A stretch of 64,000 nucleotides of DNA from Bacteroidia bacterium (GTDB lineage Bacteria; Bacteroidota; Bacteroidia; Bacteroidales; VadinHA17), in the NCBI GenBank assembly GCA_026391215.1, contig JAPLDX010000065.1, forward strand, positions 330-64,329, in the 5' to 3' direction. Below are positions 1 through 8,882 of the stretch, piece by piece. How positions within the stretch are numbered: the stretch's first letter is position 1; each line of letters opens with the position of its first letter. The position numbers were made by a program, and so were the translations under genes. Below the pieces are notes generated by a model. It was not told where the DNA came from. It saw nothing but the letters and a program-made list of their open reading frames with translations, and searched no databases.

Positions 1-664
1 CAGGATTAACTATAAGATATGGTTGTGACGGCGCCTTGCCTGTGCTGAAACCTCCGATGGCAAAGCCTCCTTTCGGTCCCTTGTCACCATCAGATACATA
101 GATCCGTACTCCTTCATTATACACAGCAAATACTGTCTGCCCTGTTTTATTCTTTACCTCAAATAAAGCTTCGGTGTTTGACGCTGTGGCTGGGGCTTTG
201 ACCTTTAAGTTCTTCAGGGGACCTCCAAGGCTGTCTGCCACCATGGCATAGGGTACTGACCACAGCGGTTCTATACCCATGACTGTACTGTTGATCTTAG
301 TCCTGATATATAAAGGTGTCTTTGTCCAGTCTATAAGACTGAAATCACCTGTCTGGGTAAGTCCGCCTCCGACAACTATGTTAAACAATCCCTGGGTATT
401 GGGATAGATATCATCATGCAATTCTTCCCATAACACAACCGGGATTTCCGTGTCATCAGTTGTTATAGCAATATAAATATCTATCGGGCCTTCAAGAGGT
501 CCGTCTCCATCACGGGCAATGGCCTGGTAATTAAATCCCTGAGGGATCTGGCTCAGGGCGGAGGGCGCAGGGCAAAGAGTAAAAAGACACACGACATACG
601 ACACAAGCTTTGCCCACCGAAGCCAGGCGAAGGTGGGACATAAGGGGGAGAGTTTTGTTTTCAT
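1..664 (-). CDS. Tail-fibre-like secreted protein, paralogue 3 (5' part only, runs off window start)
   Basis: ATG at 664-662; absent from the ORF track because the window edge truncates it. My translation MKTKLSPLCPTFAWLRW..SALSQIPQGFNYQAIARDG..LWSVPYAMVA..FEVKNKTGQTVFAVYNEGVRIYVSDGDKGPKGGFAIGGFSTGK is collinear with the N-termini of 930..5720 and 6016..8790. Confidence 0.8.
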   Translation of the reverse strand, partial: MKTKLSPLCPTFAWLRWAKLVSYVVCLFTLCPAPSALSQIPQGFNYQAIARDGDGPLEGPIDIYIAITTDDTEIPVVLWEELHDDIYPNTQGLFNIVVGGGLTQTGDFSLIDWTKTPLYIRTKINSTVMGIEPLWSVPYAMVADSLGGPLKNLKVKAPATASNTEALFEVKNKTGQTVFAVYNEGVRIYVSDGDKGPKGGFAIGGFSTGKAPSQPYLIVNP

Positions 665-780
665 AGCTCAGGATCATAAAGATTTGAATATAGCTAAACT
701 CCTTAATTAATTGTCGAATATTTTAATTTAATATTCAACATTTTGACGAACGGAGGAAAATATGTTATAAACGATTTACA

Positions 781-929
781 ATATACCCCCCTCCCGCAAC
801 GCGGGATCCCCCCCGAAGGGGGGCTAAATCCAGCCCTCATGCATATACTTATTACATACGGGTTTTAGGCCCCCTTCAGGGGGCAGGCCCACGACTTGCG
901 TGGGCCGGGGGTTCTTAGACCGTTGCGAA
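781..929. repeat. Nested-palindrome intergenic element, copy A
   Basis: ACCCCC(785-790) pairs with GGGGGT(907-912). Encloses hairpins TCCCGC-AAC-GCGGGA, C6-7-GAA(G)-G6, GCCCCC-TTCA-GGGGGC and GGCCCACG-ACTTG-CGTGGGCC. Ends with CCGTTGCG next to the stop codon at 930. Confidence 0.85.
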
Positions 930-3900
930 CTATTTTTCTTCTATCAGCTGCTGAACAAGTACTTCGAGTTTCTCAATTTGTCGCTGCTGATCCTGTATAG
1001 CCTTGACAAGTACCGGAACTAGTTTATTATAATTTATACCCCAGAGTTCATGAGATTCGTCTTCAGGTCTGCTTACAACCTCAGGCATAACATCATATAC
1101 CTCCTGTGCTATCAATCCGATATTTTTTTCACCATCACCTAGAATAAGATCATCACCGCTAAATTCAGAAGTGTGCTGAATGTACTGTTTTGGTATGATC
1201 TTCATTATTTCATTCAGCCCGTAGGCCAGGTCCTCCTGTTCAGATTTTACCCGTGTATCTGAATAGGTATCCCAAGCATATCCTTTTGCCTTTTTAACTG
1301 GGTCGTTTGGAAGCTGCAGATAATAATTTGCATCAGGAGGAAGCATACCTATGGTGACCGGTTTGCCGAAATGGTTATACGTGGCGCCATAACCATATGC
1401 AAAATAAGTTCCATTTGACCAGATGGCTTCTAAGCCATTTATTCTCAACGCTATACCCGAAGATATTCCACTATTAAGGTTTGCTAGACCGGCAACATCA
1501 AGTTTATATGAAGCAGGGTTGATACCGATTCCGACATTTCCATTGTTATTGTCAATCCTCATTCGTTCAACAAAACTGGTGCTGAAGTCAGCCTGAGCTA
1601 TACTTGTGGAATAACCAAACACAAGATCATTAGTGGGATCCGTAGTTAAAAACGCAACTCTGGTACCAGAAAGTGCAACCATACCTCCTCTCGACTGACC
1701 AGAATAATGTGCAATCAACGCAGCATTATTGCCCCATGCCTCAACAGAATATTGGGGGTCTTTTGTATAGATACCCACTTTCCCGTTAAATGCAAGTTTT
1801 TCAGATCCATCTGTAAAATCACCCCATATTAAAGGATTAGATGTTGAGTTCTGATCAATATACAATTTGTAATCGCCATCTTCATTCATTCCTGCAGCTC
1901 TTCCGATAAAAACGTTGCGACTGCCATGCGACTGACGGCCAGTCTGCCAACCGACATATGTATTTCCAAAACCCGCCACATTCGAATAGCCTGCATCATA
2001 GCCGAGGAATGTATTTTCATTTGGACCATTTGTAAGAAATCCGGCATAAGATCCGTAAAAAACGTTATGCGTACCTGCTGCCAGCGAGAATCCTGCCTTT
2101 TCCCCTACTAAAGTGTTCAGGTTGTTTGTGGTCAATCCGGCACCAGTAAGCAAGCCAATAGCAACATTTGAATTCCCTTCTGTAATATTATTTCCAGCCT
2201 GGTTACCTATCAGAATATTGTCAAAACCTGATGTTAATTTATTTCCCGTTTGTGAACCAATAATTACATTGTTATAACCTGAAGTTATTTTCCAACCTGC
2301 ATTATAACCCAGAGCCACGTTATTTGCACCAGTCCCAAAGGATATCTCTGATGCCATACCTGCCTGGTACCCAATGTAAGTATTGTAAGATCCGCTGGTA
2401 TAATTTCTTCCTGCTTTATATCCTATAAACGAGTTGAAACTCGAGTTACTTGCACGCCCTGCCTCAAAGCCCAGGAAAGTATTATAGGCACCTGTACTAT
2501 TTTTGTAACCGCTCTCCCTTCCTATAAAAACATTGTAACTTCCTGCAGGGTCAGCGCCTCCGATATTATTAAAGCCCGTACGGTATCCCAGGAAAACATT
2601 ACTGCTCCCGGTGGTATTTTTCATACCTGCCTGGTAACCCATAAAAGAGTTGTACTGACCGGCATTGGTTTTACCACTTCCTTTGCCCAGGAACACGTTG
2701 TAGGAGTTAGTGTTGTCATAACCAGCTGAATCACCAAGAAATACGTTACTGTTCCCGGAAGTGCCTGAGTATCCTGAAAAGTGACCTACAGCAACATTAT
2801 TTGATCCGTCAGAATTTCCATAGCCTGCCATATATCCAAGAAACACATTATCTGAACCTGAGTAAATGTTAAGGCCGGCGCCATTACCAAGAAAAACATT
2901 ATTGGTACTTGAATAGTTATGCCAGCCAGCCTGATTGCCGATCATAACATTGTTTGAAGCAGATGAATTACCTGCCAGTCCACCTCCGGATGCTTCAAAA
3001 CCAAGATAAATATTGTTGCTCCCGTTATAATTTTGAAAGCCCGCCTTATTGCCTAAGAAAACATTATTATTCCCGGAAAAATTATAATAGCCTGCCAGGT
3101 TACCAAATATGAGATTGAATTGTCCACCTTCATTATTTACCCCTGCACTCTGGCCGAGGAAAACATTTGCTCCTCCAACGGTATTCTTTTTACCGGCATA
3201 AGCGCCTATAAAGACATTGTTGTCACCGGTTGTATTTGATGTTCCAGATTGAGATCCCATGAAAACATTATCATATCCTTCATAGTTAGCATAACCTGCA
3301 GAGTCTCCGATAAATACGTTATTCCATGAGTTGCCATTATTATATCCGGCTTTATAACCAAGGAAGACATTTTTATTTCCATTATAATTGTTGAAACCGG
3401 ACTGGAAACCCAGAAAATTATTGAAACGCCCATAAGTATTGGAATATCCTGACTGACTTCCTACGAATACATTATAAGATGCAGTATCATTTGTGAAGCC
3501 GGCCAGATAACCCAGAAAAACATTCCTTGTTCCGCTTTTATTGCTTTTACCGGATTCATAACCCATCATTATATTATATTTCCCGGTTGTAATGTATTTC
3601 CCGACTGATTCTCCTATCAGGACATTTTGCTTCCCATGAGTAGCCAATTCACCTGCCATGCTGCCAATATAGACATTACCTCCTTCTGACAGGTGAGACC
3701 GGCCGGCTTTATAACCAATAAAAGTATTGTCGCTCCCGGTGTTTTTCCAACCAGCCTGATAACCCAGAAATGCATTATATTGTCCTGTATTAATTTTTCC
3801 GCTTCCTGTTCCCAGGAAAACATTATAACTATCTGTGTTATCATATCCTGCCGAATCACCCAGGAACACATTACTGGAACCTATTACTCCCGAATAGCCT

Positions 3901-5720
3901 GATACGTTTCCGATAGCTACATTATTTGATCCGGACTGATTGGAATTTCCAGCCTTAAAGCCTATGAAAACATTATTAATTCCATCCATATTTGCCTTCC
4001 CTGATTCAAAGCCCAGCATGACATTGTAGCTGCCTGTCGAAATATTGGCTCCGACTGACTGGCCTATCAGTACATTCTGTTCTCCATTAGTGGCTTTCTC
4101 TCCTGCCCTGCTGCCTATATATACATTCCCTCCTTGTGACTGGTTTGAACGGCCGGCTAAATAACCTATAAAAGTATTGTCATTTCCGGTATTTGTTAAT
4201 CCAGCCTGATAACCCATGAATGAATTATATTGTCCTGTATTGATTTTACCGCTTCCCTTGCCAAGAAAAACATTAAAACTGTTTGTGTTGCCATATCCTG
4301 CCGAATCACCCAGGAATACATTACTGGAACCAGATGTTCCCAGATAGCCCGATAAGTTCCCAATCGTAACATTATTTGATCCGGTCAGATTCCCCGAACC
4401 TGCTTTGAATCCGAGAAAAACATTGTTGCTCCCGTCAGTGTTATTAAGACCGGTTTCATATCCTACAAATGAATTGTAAAGCCCATCGTTAATATTGGAA
4501 CCACTTTTCTCTCCAATAAAATAGTTTTCGGGAGTCATATCCATGAAGTAAGATGCTTCTCCTTTCCCTGCAGATGTAAAACCACCTATTGCAAATCCTC
4601 CTTTGGGGGATTTAGCTTCAGTATTAACATAAACCCTTGTACTGTCGCGTGTTACACGCAGATACTCTTCATCTATACCTTTGGCCGTCCCATAACCGCC
4701 AATTGCAAATCCTCCCTTTACTCCTTTATCAGAAGGTTCCTTGTCCAGATAGATCCTCACACTGTCGTTGCTCACCATAAACAGATCCTGCGGCTTGCCT
4801 TTTGCTGTACCATAACCTCCGATAGCAAAGCCGCCTTTTACTCCCTTTGTAATATCAGTATCTGCATTGTCAATATATACCCTTACACTGTCGTCACTTA
4901 CGAAAAGGAGATCCTGTGGATCTGACTTGTTTGTACCATATCCCCCTATGGCAAATCCCCCTTTTGCACCTTTACCTGATTGATCAATATAGATTCTTAC
5001 CGTATCAGGTTTTACTATCAGATATGGTTGCGATGGCCCCTTTACCGTACCAAAACCTCCTACTGCAAACCCTCCTTTTGGACCCTTTGACCCATCATCT
5101 ACATATATCCTTACTCCCTCATTATAAACTGCAAATACAATCTGGCCGTCCTTGTTCTTAACCTCAAACAATGATTCATCCATTACTTCTGTTGAACCTG
5201 CCACTTCCAGCTTGCTGAAAGGACCTTCAAGTTTTTCAGCTACCCTGGCAGTATCAGCCACTATTGCATGGTCAGCAACAATCGCATTTTCAGCTACCAT
5301 GGAATAGGGTACTGACCATAATTTCGCATTACCCATATTTTTCCACGATCCCTGGTAATAGAGCTGGACTTTAAGAAATAACGGAGTTGCCGTCCAGTCT
5401 ATATCCGAAAATTCTGCCGCTGCACCCGATAGCCTTGATCCTGTACCTACTACAAGTCCAAAAACACCGGATGCATTTGTTCTGACGGATGAATGAAGCT
5501 CCTCCCATACAATAGCCGGTGTGAGGGTATCGGAGAGGATAGCCATTTTCGCCTGTATTTCAGTATTTGCAACAGGAACTCCATTACTGTTCCGGGCTAC
5601 TGCCTGGTAATTAAATCCCTGCGGGACCTGGCTCAGGGCGGAGGGCGAAGGGCTCAGGGCAAGAAGACACAAGACACAAGACACAAGACACAAGGGGGAG
5701 AGTTTTGGTTTCATGATCAT
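930..5720 (-). CDS. Giant (1596 aa) secreted tail-fibre-like repeat protein with C-terminal S74-type intramolecular chaperone domain
   Basis: Signal peptide. N-domain QVPQGFNYQAVAR..LWSVPYSM is shared with both neighbours. Five ~35-aa repeats VRIYxD..KGxKGGFAIGGYGT, then ~1000 aa of 14-15-aa NxFxGxxAGxxNTxGxxN repeats. C-terminus YSDTRVK..IGLIAQEV..INYNKLVPVLVKAIQ plus a coiled-coil tail fits the SDxRxK / GxIAQE pattern of endosialidase-chaperone (Peptidase_S74) domains. Confidence 0.8.
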   Translation of the reverse strand: MIMKPKLSPLCLVSCVLCLLALSPSPSALSQVPQGFNYQAVARNSNGVPVANTEIQAKMAILSDTLTPAIVWEELHSSVRTNASGVFGLVVGTGSRLSGAAAEFSDIDWTATPLFLKVQLYYQGSWKNMGNAKLWSVPYSMVAENAIVADHAIVADTARVAEKLEGPFSKLEVAGSTEVMDESLFEVKNKDGQIVFAVYNEGVRIYVDDGSKGPKGGFAVGGFGTVKGPSQPYLIVKPDTVRIYIDQSGKGAKGGFAIGGYGTNKSDPQDLLFVSDDSVRVYIDNADTDITKGVKGGFAIGGYGTAKGKPQDLFMVSNDSVRIYLDKEPSDKGVKGGFAIGGYGTAKGIDEEYLRVTRDSTRVYVNTEAKSPKGGFAIGGFTSAGKGEASYFMDMTPENYFIGEKSGSNINDGLYNSFVGYETGLNNTDGSNNVFLGFKAGSGNLTGSNNVTIGNLSGYLGTSGSSNVFLGDSAGYGNTNSFNVFLGKGSGKINTGQYNSFMGYQAGLTNTGNDNTFIGYLAGRSNQSQGGNVYIGSRAGEKATNGEQNVLIGQSVGANISTGSYNVMLGFESGKANMDGINNVFIGFKAGNSNQSGSNNVAIGNVSGYSGVIGSSNVFLGDSAGYDNTDSYNVFLGTGSGKINTGQYNAFLGYQAGWKNTGSDNTFIGYKAGRSHLSEGGNVYIGSMAGELATHGKQNVLIGESVGKYITTGKYNIMMGYESGKSNKSGTRNVFLGYLAGFTNDTASYNVFVGSQSGYSNTYGRFNNFLGFQSGFNNYNGNKNVFLGYKAGYNNGNSWNNVFIGDSAGYANYEGYDNVFMGSQSGTSNTTGDNNVFIGAYAGKKNTVGGANVFLGQSAGVNNEGGQFNLIFGNLAGYYNFSGNNNVFLGNKAGFQNYNGSNNIYLGFEASGGGLAGNSSASNNVMIGNQAGWHNYSSTNNVFLGNGAGLNIYSGSDNVFLGYMAGYGNSDGSNNVAVGHFSGYSGTSGNSNVFLGDSAGYDNTNSYNVFLGKGSGKTNAGQYNSFMGYQAGMKNTTGSSNVFLGYRTGFNNIGGADPAGSYNVFIGRESGYKNSTGAYNTFLGFEAGRASNSSFNSFIGYKAGRNYTSGSYNTYIGYQAGMASEISFGTGANNVALGYNAGWKITSGYNNVIIGSQTGNKLTSGFDNILIGNQAGNNITEGNSNVAIGLLTGAGLTTNNLNTLVGEKAGFSLAAGTHNVFYGSYAGFLTNGPNENTFLGYDAGYSNVAGFGNTYVGWQTGRQSHGSRNVFIGRAAGMNEDGDYKLYIDQNSTSNPLIWGDFTDGSEKLAFNGKVGIYTKDPQYSVEAWGNNAALIAHYSGQSRGGMVALSGTRVAFLTTDPTNDLVFGYSTSIAQADFSTSFVERMRIDNNNGNVGIGINPASYKLDVAGLANLNSGISSGIALRINGLEAIWSNGTYFAYGYGATYNHFGKPVTIGMLPPDANYYLQLPNDPVKKAKGYAWDTYSDTRVKSEQEDLAYGLNEIMKIIPKQYIQHTSEFSGDDLILGDGEKNIGLIAQEVYDVMPEVVSRPEDESHELWGINYNKLVPVLVKAIQDQQRQIEKLEVLVQQLIEEK
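5632..5694 (-). repeat. Heptamer-phased tract inside the signal-peptide coding region, including perfect (AAGACAC)4
   Basis: Plus strand: CTCAGGG CGGAGGG CGAAGGG CTCAGGG CAAGAAG ACACAAG x4. Perfect AAGACAC x4 at 5664-5691. Analogous tracts at 552-607 and 8728-8776 in the paralogues. Confidence 0.9.
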
Positions 5721-5868
5721 ATGGGTATTACGGTTTGACGGTACGATGGTGAGTCATAATAAGGTTGGAATCAAGAATAAAATAGAAAGTTAGTATAAAA
5801 AGGAGATGCAGTCAAATATTTTTGACGAGGGGAAGAGAAAATTCTATTAAAGTATGTTTATGAATGAT

Positions 5869-6015
5869 GTACCCCCTTCCGGCTAAAGCCGGATCCCCCC
5901 TGAAGGGGAGCTAAATCCAGTTCTCAAACAAACTCCTGTAGAAAACAGGTTTTAAGCCCCCTCAAGGGGGCAGGCCTCGCTTCAGCGAGGCCGGGGGTCC
6001 TTTGAGCCGTTGCGC
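5869..6015. repeat. Nested-palindrome intergenic element, copy B
   Basis: Same architecture as 781..929 with stems TCCGGC-TAAA-GCCGGA, CCCCCC-TGAA-GGGGAG, GCCCCC-TCAA-GGGGGC and GGCCTCGC-TTCA-GCGAGGCC; outer ACCCCC/GGGGGT. Confidence 0.85.
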
Positions 6016-8790
6016 CTATTTATTCTTCAGCTCCTCCACTTCTTTTTTAAGCTCATCTATCTGCTTCTGCTGATCCTTGACAGCCTGAACAAGGATGGCA
6101 GTTAAAACACCATAATTAACCGCTTTGTATCCTTTTTCATCAGTTCTGACAGCGTCAGGGAACGCTTTTTCTAAATCCTGAGCTATTACTCCAATATACT
6201 TTGTGTCATCTGGTTCTTCTCCTTTTACGACATCTTTCTTATAATTATACTCTATGACAGCAAGATCCCTTACTTTGTCAATGACCCCATCACCATCTAT
6301 AGACCTTACATTCTGCTTCAAACGAATATCAGAAGGTGTCCAAACTCCAGTGGCATACGCTGACCCTGAAATATATAATCTGTAGATGGATGATGGTGCC
6401 GAATTGATCCCTACATATGCGTTGAATCTGAGGTATTCATTATAAAAGTCACCGTAAATGAGAGCGCCGGTTGAGGAATAACCATAGTTATCGATATATA
6501 ATTTATCAGATCCAGTTTCATAATATCCTGCCCAATGCCCAATGAAAACATTATTTGAACCGGTGGTGTTTGTATAACCTGCCGCGGGACCAATAATGGT
6601 ATTATACTCCCCGGAAATATTATCATGACCCGACTCATGTCCGAAGAATGCATTTCCTTTTCCGGTTGTTGTGGCATAGCCAGCCATGTGTCCAACTATC
6701 GTATTGTAGTTATTAGTAATTACTTTCCCGGCAGCATTACCCACGATTGTGTTGTATGAGCCTGTTGCACTTGTACCTGCAATATTTCCCAGGTAAACGT
6801 TATGCTCGCCTGCCGTACTTGCATACCCGGCTTCTGAGCCTGCATAAAGATTATAACCTCCGGAAATATTTGAACTTCCTGCCAGGTTGCCGATAAAAGT
6901 GTTATAAGTCCCCGTTGTATTATCATACCCTGCATCGCTTCCGAGTATCACATTCTTTTCTCCTGTTGTTGTGGCCTGACCAGCATTATTTCCTATAAGA
7001 ACATTATAATTGCCAAGATTATCATAACCGGCAAAGTTTCCCATGAAGACTCCGGCTTTTCCCATGTTATTGTACCCGGCATCAGTTCCGATAGCCACGT
7101 TGTAGCTTGCAGTGTCATTATAGTATCCGGCGCCCATACCAATGAAAATATTTTGTTTCCCTTTCAGATTGGTGTAACCTGACTCCTGTCCGAGAAAGAC
7201 ATTGAACCTGCCGTTATTATTATATCCTGCAAGGGTACCGATAGCCACGTTATATGATCCTGAACTTGTGGCTGTATGCTTTGCAAGTTCTCCTGCACCA
7301 TTTCCAATAAAAACATTTGATACGCTTGTCTCATTTGATAATCCTGCATTCTTCCCGAGAAAGACATTATAGCTTCCTTCAGTATTATTAAAACCTGTCG
7401 AATCCCCCAAAAATGTATTAGCAGATCCTTCAGTTGTACTATAACCTGACATATAGCCTAGGAATAAGTTGTATAATCCAGTTGTAATTGACTTACCGCT
7501 GTTATGTCCGATGAAATAGTTCTTGGGAGTAAGCTGGAGAAAGCTTTCTGATCCGGCTTTGGCTGTACCGAATCCGCCGATTGCAAAGCCTCCCTTGGGA
7601 CCTTTAACCGGATTCTGGTCCACATAAACCCTTACGCTGTCGCTTGTTACTGTCAGGAAATTCTGCGAAGTACCTTTATCAGTTCCGAAACCGCCGATGG
7701 CAAATCCGCCTTTAGGACCTTTTGCGACTCCGTCATCAACATATACCCTTACACCCTCATTATATACAGCAAAGACTGTCTGCCCGTTTTTATTCTTTAC
7801 CCTGAATAAGGCAGAGTCAGGTGAAGTCTCAACACCTTTTATCACCAGCTTGGATTCCGATCCGACTATATTAGCTGCAATATAGTCAGAGTTTACCTTT
7901 AGCTGTGCGTCTATTTTATTATCTGCATCTTTCAGATTCGAAGCTATTTTGATATAATTCGATGATGAGTTTGCAGTGTAACTGCCATTATCATTCAATC
8001 CTGCACCTGTTTCTATCGCATTGGCTTCAGTTTTCAGATTAGTTATGTCCGTATTGAATCCAGAGGTGCTGGTTTCAACTGTTTTTATCTTCGAGTCGAG
8101 CAAATCATCTGCGTTTTTTAAACTTGTTGCTGATGAAATATAATCTGCTGACGTATTTGCAGTGTAACTGCCATTATCATTCAATCCTGCACCTGTTTCT
8201 AATGCAGAGGTGCTGGATTCAACTGTTTTTACCTTTGAGTCGAGCAAATCATCTGCATTCTTTAAACTTGTGGCTGCTGAAATATAATTCGCTGATGTAT
8301 TCGATGAATAGCTTCCATTTGTATTTAAACCTCCTCCGGTTTTTATTGCATCAATTTCAGTTTGCAAACCTGTTATGCTCCCCCCGTTACCTGAAATCAT
8401 TGAATATGGTACGGACCATAATTTTGAGGAACCCATATACTTCCATGCACCCTGGTAATAGATCTGGATTTTAAGATATAGAGGCGTTTTAGACCAGTCA
8501 ATTACACTGAATGTCGCAGCTGATCCTGATTGTTTTATTCCGGTTCCGATGACGATACCGAATACCCCGGATGCATTCGTTTTGACCGATGAATGTAGCT
8601 CTTCCCATACTACAACAGGTGTTAGCGTATCGGAGAGAATACTCGCTTTTACCTGGAAGGTGGTCGATGCAATTGCCTGACCTGAGCTATTACGAGCTAC
8701 AGCCTGGTAATTAAAGCCTTGCGGCACCTGAGAAGATAAAAGATAAAAGGAAAAAGACAAAAGAAGTGTAAGGAGGAGTTTTGTTTTCAT
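6016..8790 (-). CDS. Tail-fibre-like secreted repeat protein (924 aa) with C-terminal S74-type chaperone domain
   Basis: Same N-domain (QVPQGFNYQAVARNSSG..LWSVPYSM). Three GAGLNDNGSYTANTSADYISSATSLKNADDLLDSK repeats, two KGPKGGFAIGGFGT repeats and NxFxGxxAG repeats. C-terminus PSDIRLKQNV..IGVIAQDLE..VNYGVLTAILVQAVK plus coiled coil. Confidence 0.8.
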   Translation of the reverse strand: MKTKLLLTLLLSFSFYLLSSQVPQGFNYQAVARNSSGQAIASTTFQVKASILSDTLTPVVVWEELHSSVKTNASGVFGIVIGTGIKQSGSAATFSVIDWSKTPLYLKIQIYYQGAWKYMGSSKLWSVPYSMISGNGGSITGLQTEIDAIKTGGGLNTNGSYSSNTSANYISAATSLKNADDLLDSKVKTVESSTSALETGAGLNDNGSYTANTSADYISSATSLKNADDLLDSKIKTVETSTSGFNTDITNLKTEANAIETGAGLNDNGSYTANSSSNYIKIASNLKDADNKIDAQLKVNSDYIAANIVGSESKLVIKGVETSPDSALFRVKNKNGQTVFAVYNEGVRVYVDDGVAKGPKGGFAIGGFGTDKGTSQNFLTVTSDSVRVYVDQNPVKGPKGGFAIGGFGTAKAGSESFLQLTPKNYFIGHNSGKSITTGLYNLFLGYMSGYSTTEGSANTFLGDSTGFNNTEGSYNVFLGKNAGLSNETSVSNVFIGNGAGELAKHTATSSGSYNVAIGTLAGYNNNGRFNVFLGQESGYTNLKGKQNIFIGMGAGYYNDTASYNVAIGTDAGYNNMGKAGVFMGNFAGYDNLGNYNVLIGNNAGQATTTGEKNVILGSDAGYDNTTGTYNTFIGNLAGSSNISGGYNLYAGSEAGYASTAGEHNVYLGNIAGTSATGSYNTIVGNAAGKVITNNYNTIVGHMAGYATTTGKGNAFFGHESGHDNISGEYNTIIGPAAGYTNTTGSNNVFIGHWAGYYETGSDKLYIDNYGYSSTGALIYGDFYNEYLRFNAYVGINSAPSSIYRLYISGSAYATGVWTPSDIRLKQNVRSIDGDGVIDKVRDLAVIEYNYKKDVVKGEEPDDTKYIGVIAQDLEKAFPDAVRTDEKGYKAVNYGVLTAILVQAVKDQQKQIDELKKEVEELKNK

Positions 8791-8882
8791 ATTTATATGA
8801 GTTTAGAATCCTTTTTATCAGAAAAATAATCCGTAAGTTATGCTAAAAATCAACAGAATCAAGTTTTTTTTGCCGAATGTCA

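Noticed and set aside
930-1300. T9SS C-terminal sorting domain or LPXTG-type anchor on the fibre proteins
   Set aside because: The C-termini match the SDxRxK..GxIAQE chaperone pattern and end in a coiled coil. No CTD-like beta-sandwich motif or anchor signal is visible.
1926-8474. Numerous 60-116-aa ORFs inside or antisense to the fibre genes (e.g. 1926..2111, 3206..3433, 3617..3871, 4916..5161, 6411..6695, 8124..8474)
   Set aside because: All lie within the long, well-supported minus-strand ORFs. They are alternate-frame or antisense readings of repetitive, compositionally biased sequence.
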